Shown here: positions 60,701 to 64,000 of the stretch, one piece after another
Layout of the letters: each line of letters opens with the position of its first letter
Numbering within the stretch: position 1 is the stretch's first letter
From: Neoechinorhynchus agilis
Taxonomy: Eukaryota > Animalia > Acanthocephala
Assembly (NCBI GenBank): GCA_051530055.1
Contig: CM121342.1
Span: 2,886,797 to 2,950,796, forward strand
DNA length: 64,000 bases
Direction of reading: 5' to 3'
Translations under genes and position numbers: made by a program
The notes under the pieces: model-generated
Told to the model about the DNA's origin: nothing
The model's database searches: none
The model's input: the letters and a program-made list of their open reading frames with translations, nothing else

Positions 60701-63700
60701 ACTCATGAACACGAACATTCATAAAAGGGCGCGCGCAAGGAACCGAATGAAAACGAACGACATGAACACCAGTACTGTAAAATCAATAAAGTATGTATTT
60801 ATACTCAATGGTATGTCAATGCAATTAATGCAAAAGCATTTATATAGATAACTAAGCGCAACTTAAAAGTACGCAACGTACACGTGCATGTTTGCACACA
60901 CGCGAATGAGCGTATGGGTTCACACATTGATACGAACATTCATAGAAGGGCGCGCGCAAGGTACCGAATAAAAACGAACGACATAAACATCAGTACTGTA
61001 AAATCAATAAAGTATGTATTTATACTAAATGGCATGTCAATGGAATTAATGCACCAGCATTCATATAGATAATTAAGAGCAACTTAAAAGTACGCAACGT
61101 ACACGTTCATGTTCGCACACGCCGAATGCGTGTATGCGTTCAGACATGAATACGAACATTCATAAAAGGGCGCGCGCAAGGAACCGAATAAAAGCGAACG
61201 ACATAAACATCAGTACTGTAAAATCAATAAAGTATGTATTTATACTCAATATCATGTCAATGCAATTAATGCGCCCGCATTCATATAGATAATTAAGAGC
61301 AACTTAAAAGTACGCAACGTACACGTTCATGTACATAGACGCGAATGCACGTATGCGTTCACTCATGAACACGAACATTAATAAAAGGGCGCGCCAAGGA
61401 ACCGAATAAATGCGAACGACATAAACATCAGTACTGTAAAATCAATAAAATATGTATTTATACTCAATGGCATGTCAATGCAATTAATGCACCAGCATAC
61501 ATATAGATAATTAAGAGCAACTTAAAAGTACGCAACGTACAGGTTCATGTTCGCACACGCGCGAATGCGCGTATGCGTTCACACATGAATACGAACATTC
61601 ATAAAAGCGCGCGCGCAAGGAGCCGAATTAAAACGAACGACATAAACATCAGTACTGTAAAATCAATAAATTATGTATTTATACTCAATATCATGTCAAT
61701 GCAATTAATGCACCCGCATTAGTATAGATTATGAAGAGCAACTTAAAAGTACGCAACGTACACGTTCATGTTCGCACACACGCGAATACGCGTATGCGTT
61801 CACTCCTGAATACGAACATTCATTGATGGGCGCGCGCAAGGAACCGAATAAAAACGAACGACATAAACATCAGTACTGTAAAATCAATAAAGTATGTATT
61901 TATACTAAATGGCATGTCAATGCAATTAATGCACCAGCATTTATATAGATTATTAAGAGCAACTTAAAAGTACGAAACGTACACGTTCATGTTCGCACAC
62001 ACGCGAATGCGCCTATGCGTTCACACATTGATACGAACATTCATAAAAGGGCACGCGCAAGGAACCGAACAAAAACGAACGACATAAACATCAGTACTGT
62101 AAAATTAATAAAGTATGTATTTATACTAAATGGCATGTCAATGGAATTAATGCACCAGCATACATATAGATAATTAAGAGCAACTTAAAAGTACGCAACG
62201 TACACGTTCATGTTCGCACACGCGCGAATGCGCGTATGCCTTCACTCATGAATACGAACATTAATAAAAGGGCGCGCGCAAGGAGCCGAATAAAAACGAA
62301 CGACATAAACATCAGTACTGTAAAATCAATAACGTATGTATTTATACTCCATATAATGTCAATGCAATTAATATTCCAGCATTTATATAGATAATTAAGA
62401 GCAACTGCAAAGTACGCAACGTACACGTTCATGCTCGCACACACGCGAATGCGCGTATGCGTTAACTCATGAATACGAACATTCATAAAAGGGCGAGCGC
62501 AAGGAACCGAATAAAAACGAACGACTTGAACATCAGTACTGTAAAATCAATAACGTATGTATTTATACTCAATGGCATGTCAATGCAATTAATGTACCCG
62601 CATTAGTATAGATTATTAAGCGCAACTTAAAAGTACGCAACGTACACGTTCATGTTCGCACACACGCGAATGCGCGTATGCGTTCACTCATGAACACGAA
62701 CATTCATAAAAGGACGCACGCAAAGAACCGAATAAAAGCGAACGACATAAACATCAGTACTGTAATATCAATAAAATATGCATTTATACTAAATTGCATG
62801 TCAATGCAATTAATGCACCAGCATTTATATCGATTATTAAGAGCAACTTAAAAGTGCGAAACGTACACGTTCATGTTCGCACACACGCGAATACGCGTAT
62901 GCGTTCACTCCTGAATACGAACATCCATAGATGGGCGCGCGCAAGGAACCGAATAAAAACGAACGACATAAACATCAGTACTGTAAAATGCAATTAATGC
63001 ACCAGAATTCATATAGATAATTAAGAGCAACTTAAAAGTACGCAACGTACACGTTCATGTTCGCACACACGCGAATGCGCGTATGCGTTCACACATTGAT
63101 ACGAACATTCATAAAAGGGCGCGCGCAAGGAACCGAATAAAAACGAACGACATAAACATCAGTACTGTAAAATCAATAAAGTATGTATTTATACTCAATG
63201 GCATGTCAATGCAATTAATGCACCAGCATTTATATAGATAATTAAGCGCAACTTAAAAGTACGCAACGTACACGTGCATGTTCGCACACACGCGAATGCG
63301 CGTATGCGTTCACACATTGATGCGAAAATTCATAAAAGGGCGCGCCAAGGAACCGAATAAATACGAACGACATAAACATCAGTACTGTAAAAGCAATAAA
63401 GTATGTATTTATACTCAATGGCATGTCAATGCAATTAATGCGCCCGCATTAGTATAGATTATGAAGAGCAACTTAAAAGTACGCAACGTACACGTTCATG
63501 TACATAGACGCGAATGCACGAATGCGTTCACTCATGAACACGAACATCATTAAAAGGGCGCGCCAAGGAACCGAATAAATGCGAACGACATAAACATCAG
63601 TACTGTAAAATCAATAAAGTATGTATTTATACTCAATGGCATGTCAATGCAATTAATGCATAAGCATTTATATAGATAATTAAGAGCAACTTAAAAGTAC

Positions 63701-64000
63701 GAAACGTGCACGTTCATGTACATAGACGCGAATGCGCGTATGCGTTCACTCATGAACACGAACATTCATAAAAGGGCGCGCGCAAGGAACCGAATAAAAA
63801 CGAACGACATAAACATCAGTACTGTAAAATCAATAAAGTATGTATTTATACTCAATGGCATGTCAATGCAATTAATGCACCAGCATTTATATAGATAATT
63901 AAGAGCAACTTAAAAGTACGCAACGTACACGTTCATGTACATAGACGCGAATGCGAGTTGCGTTCACTCATGAACACGAACATTCATAAAAGGGCGCGCG
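45745..64000. repeat. Satellite DNA, 218-221 bp monomer, ~83 copies, runs off the window end
   Basis: Uninterrupted head-to-tail monomers. The 219- and 221-bp variants differ in the gttcgcacacacgcg / gttaacaaacacg / gtacatagacgcg segment. Confidence 0.99.

Noticed and set aside
45598-63898. Dozens of 60-92 aa ORFs in the satellite
   Set aside because: They are one frame repeated in near-identical monomers, so not independent evidence. They have no domain and are broken by 218-221 bp length variation.

Overview
Eukaryotic, AT-rich, repeat-dense DNA, probably from an animal. Its genes have very short (22-47 nt) GT-AG introns, a dicyemid-like trait, though the taxon cannot be established from this window. 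Layout, left to right: (1) 0-4.2 kb, a tandem cluster of four intronless genes for a secreted six-cysteine peptide I do not recognise. (2) 4.2-15 kb, nested retroelements: a CRE-type LINE sits in the promoter of peptide gene 4 with a Penelope-like element (PLE) inside it, followed by an APE-type LINE, a Ty3/gypsy remnant and another PLE. (3) 15.1-21.3 kb, a multi-exon PLAT-domain gene. (4) 21.4-36.8 kb, decayed LINEs, a tRNA-derived SINE, PLE and gypsy pieces, two fold-back elements made of inverted hammerhead-like motifs, and an intronless secreted LRR gene. (5) PDK, a 323-bp tandem array and UFL1. (6) From 45.7 kb to the end, a ~220-bp satellite. The best candidates for undescribed biology are the peptide family, a SINE body carrying all hammerhead core elements in a non-standard strand order, and the stand-alone inverted hammerhead pairs. 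All calls were made by eye, with no database search or folding software. Boundaries without a target-site duplication (TSD) are approximate.
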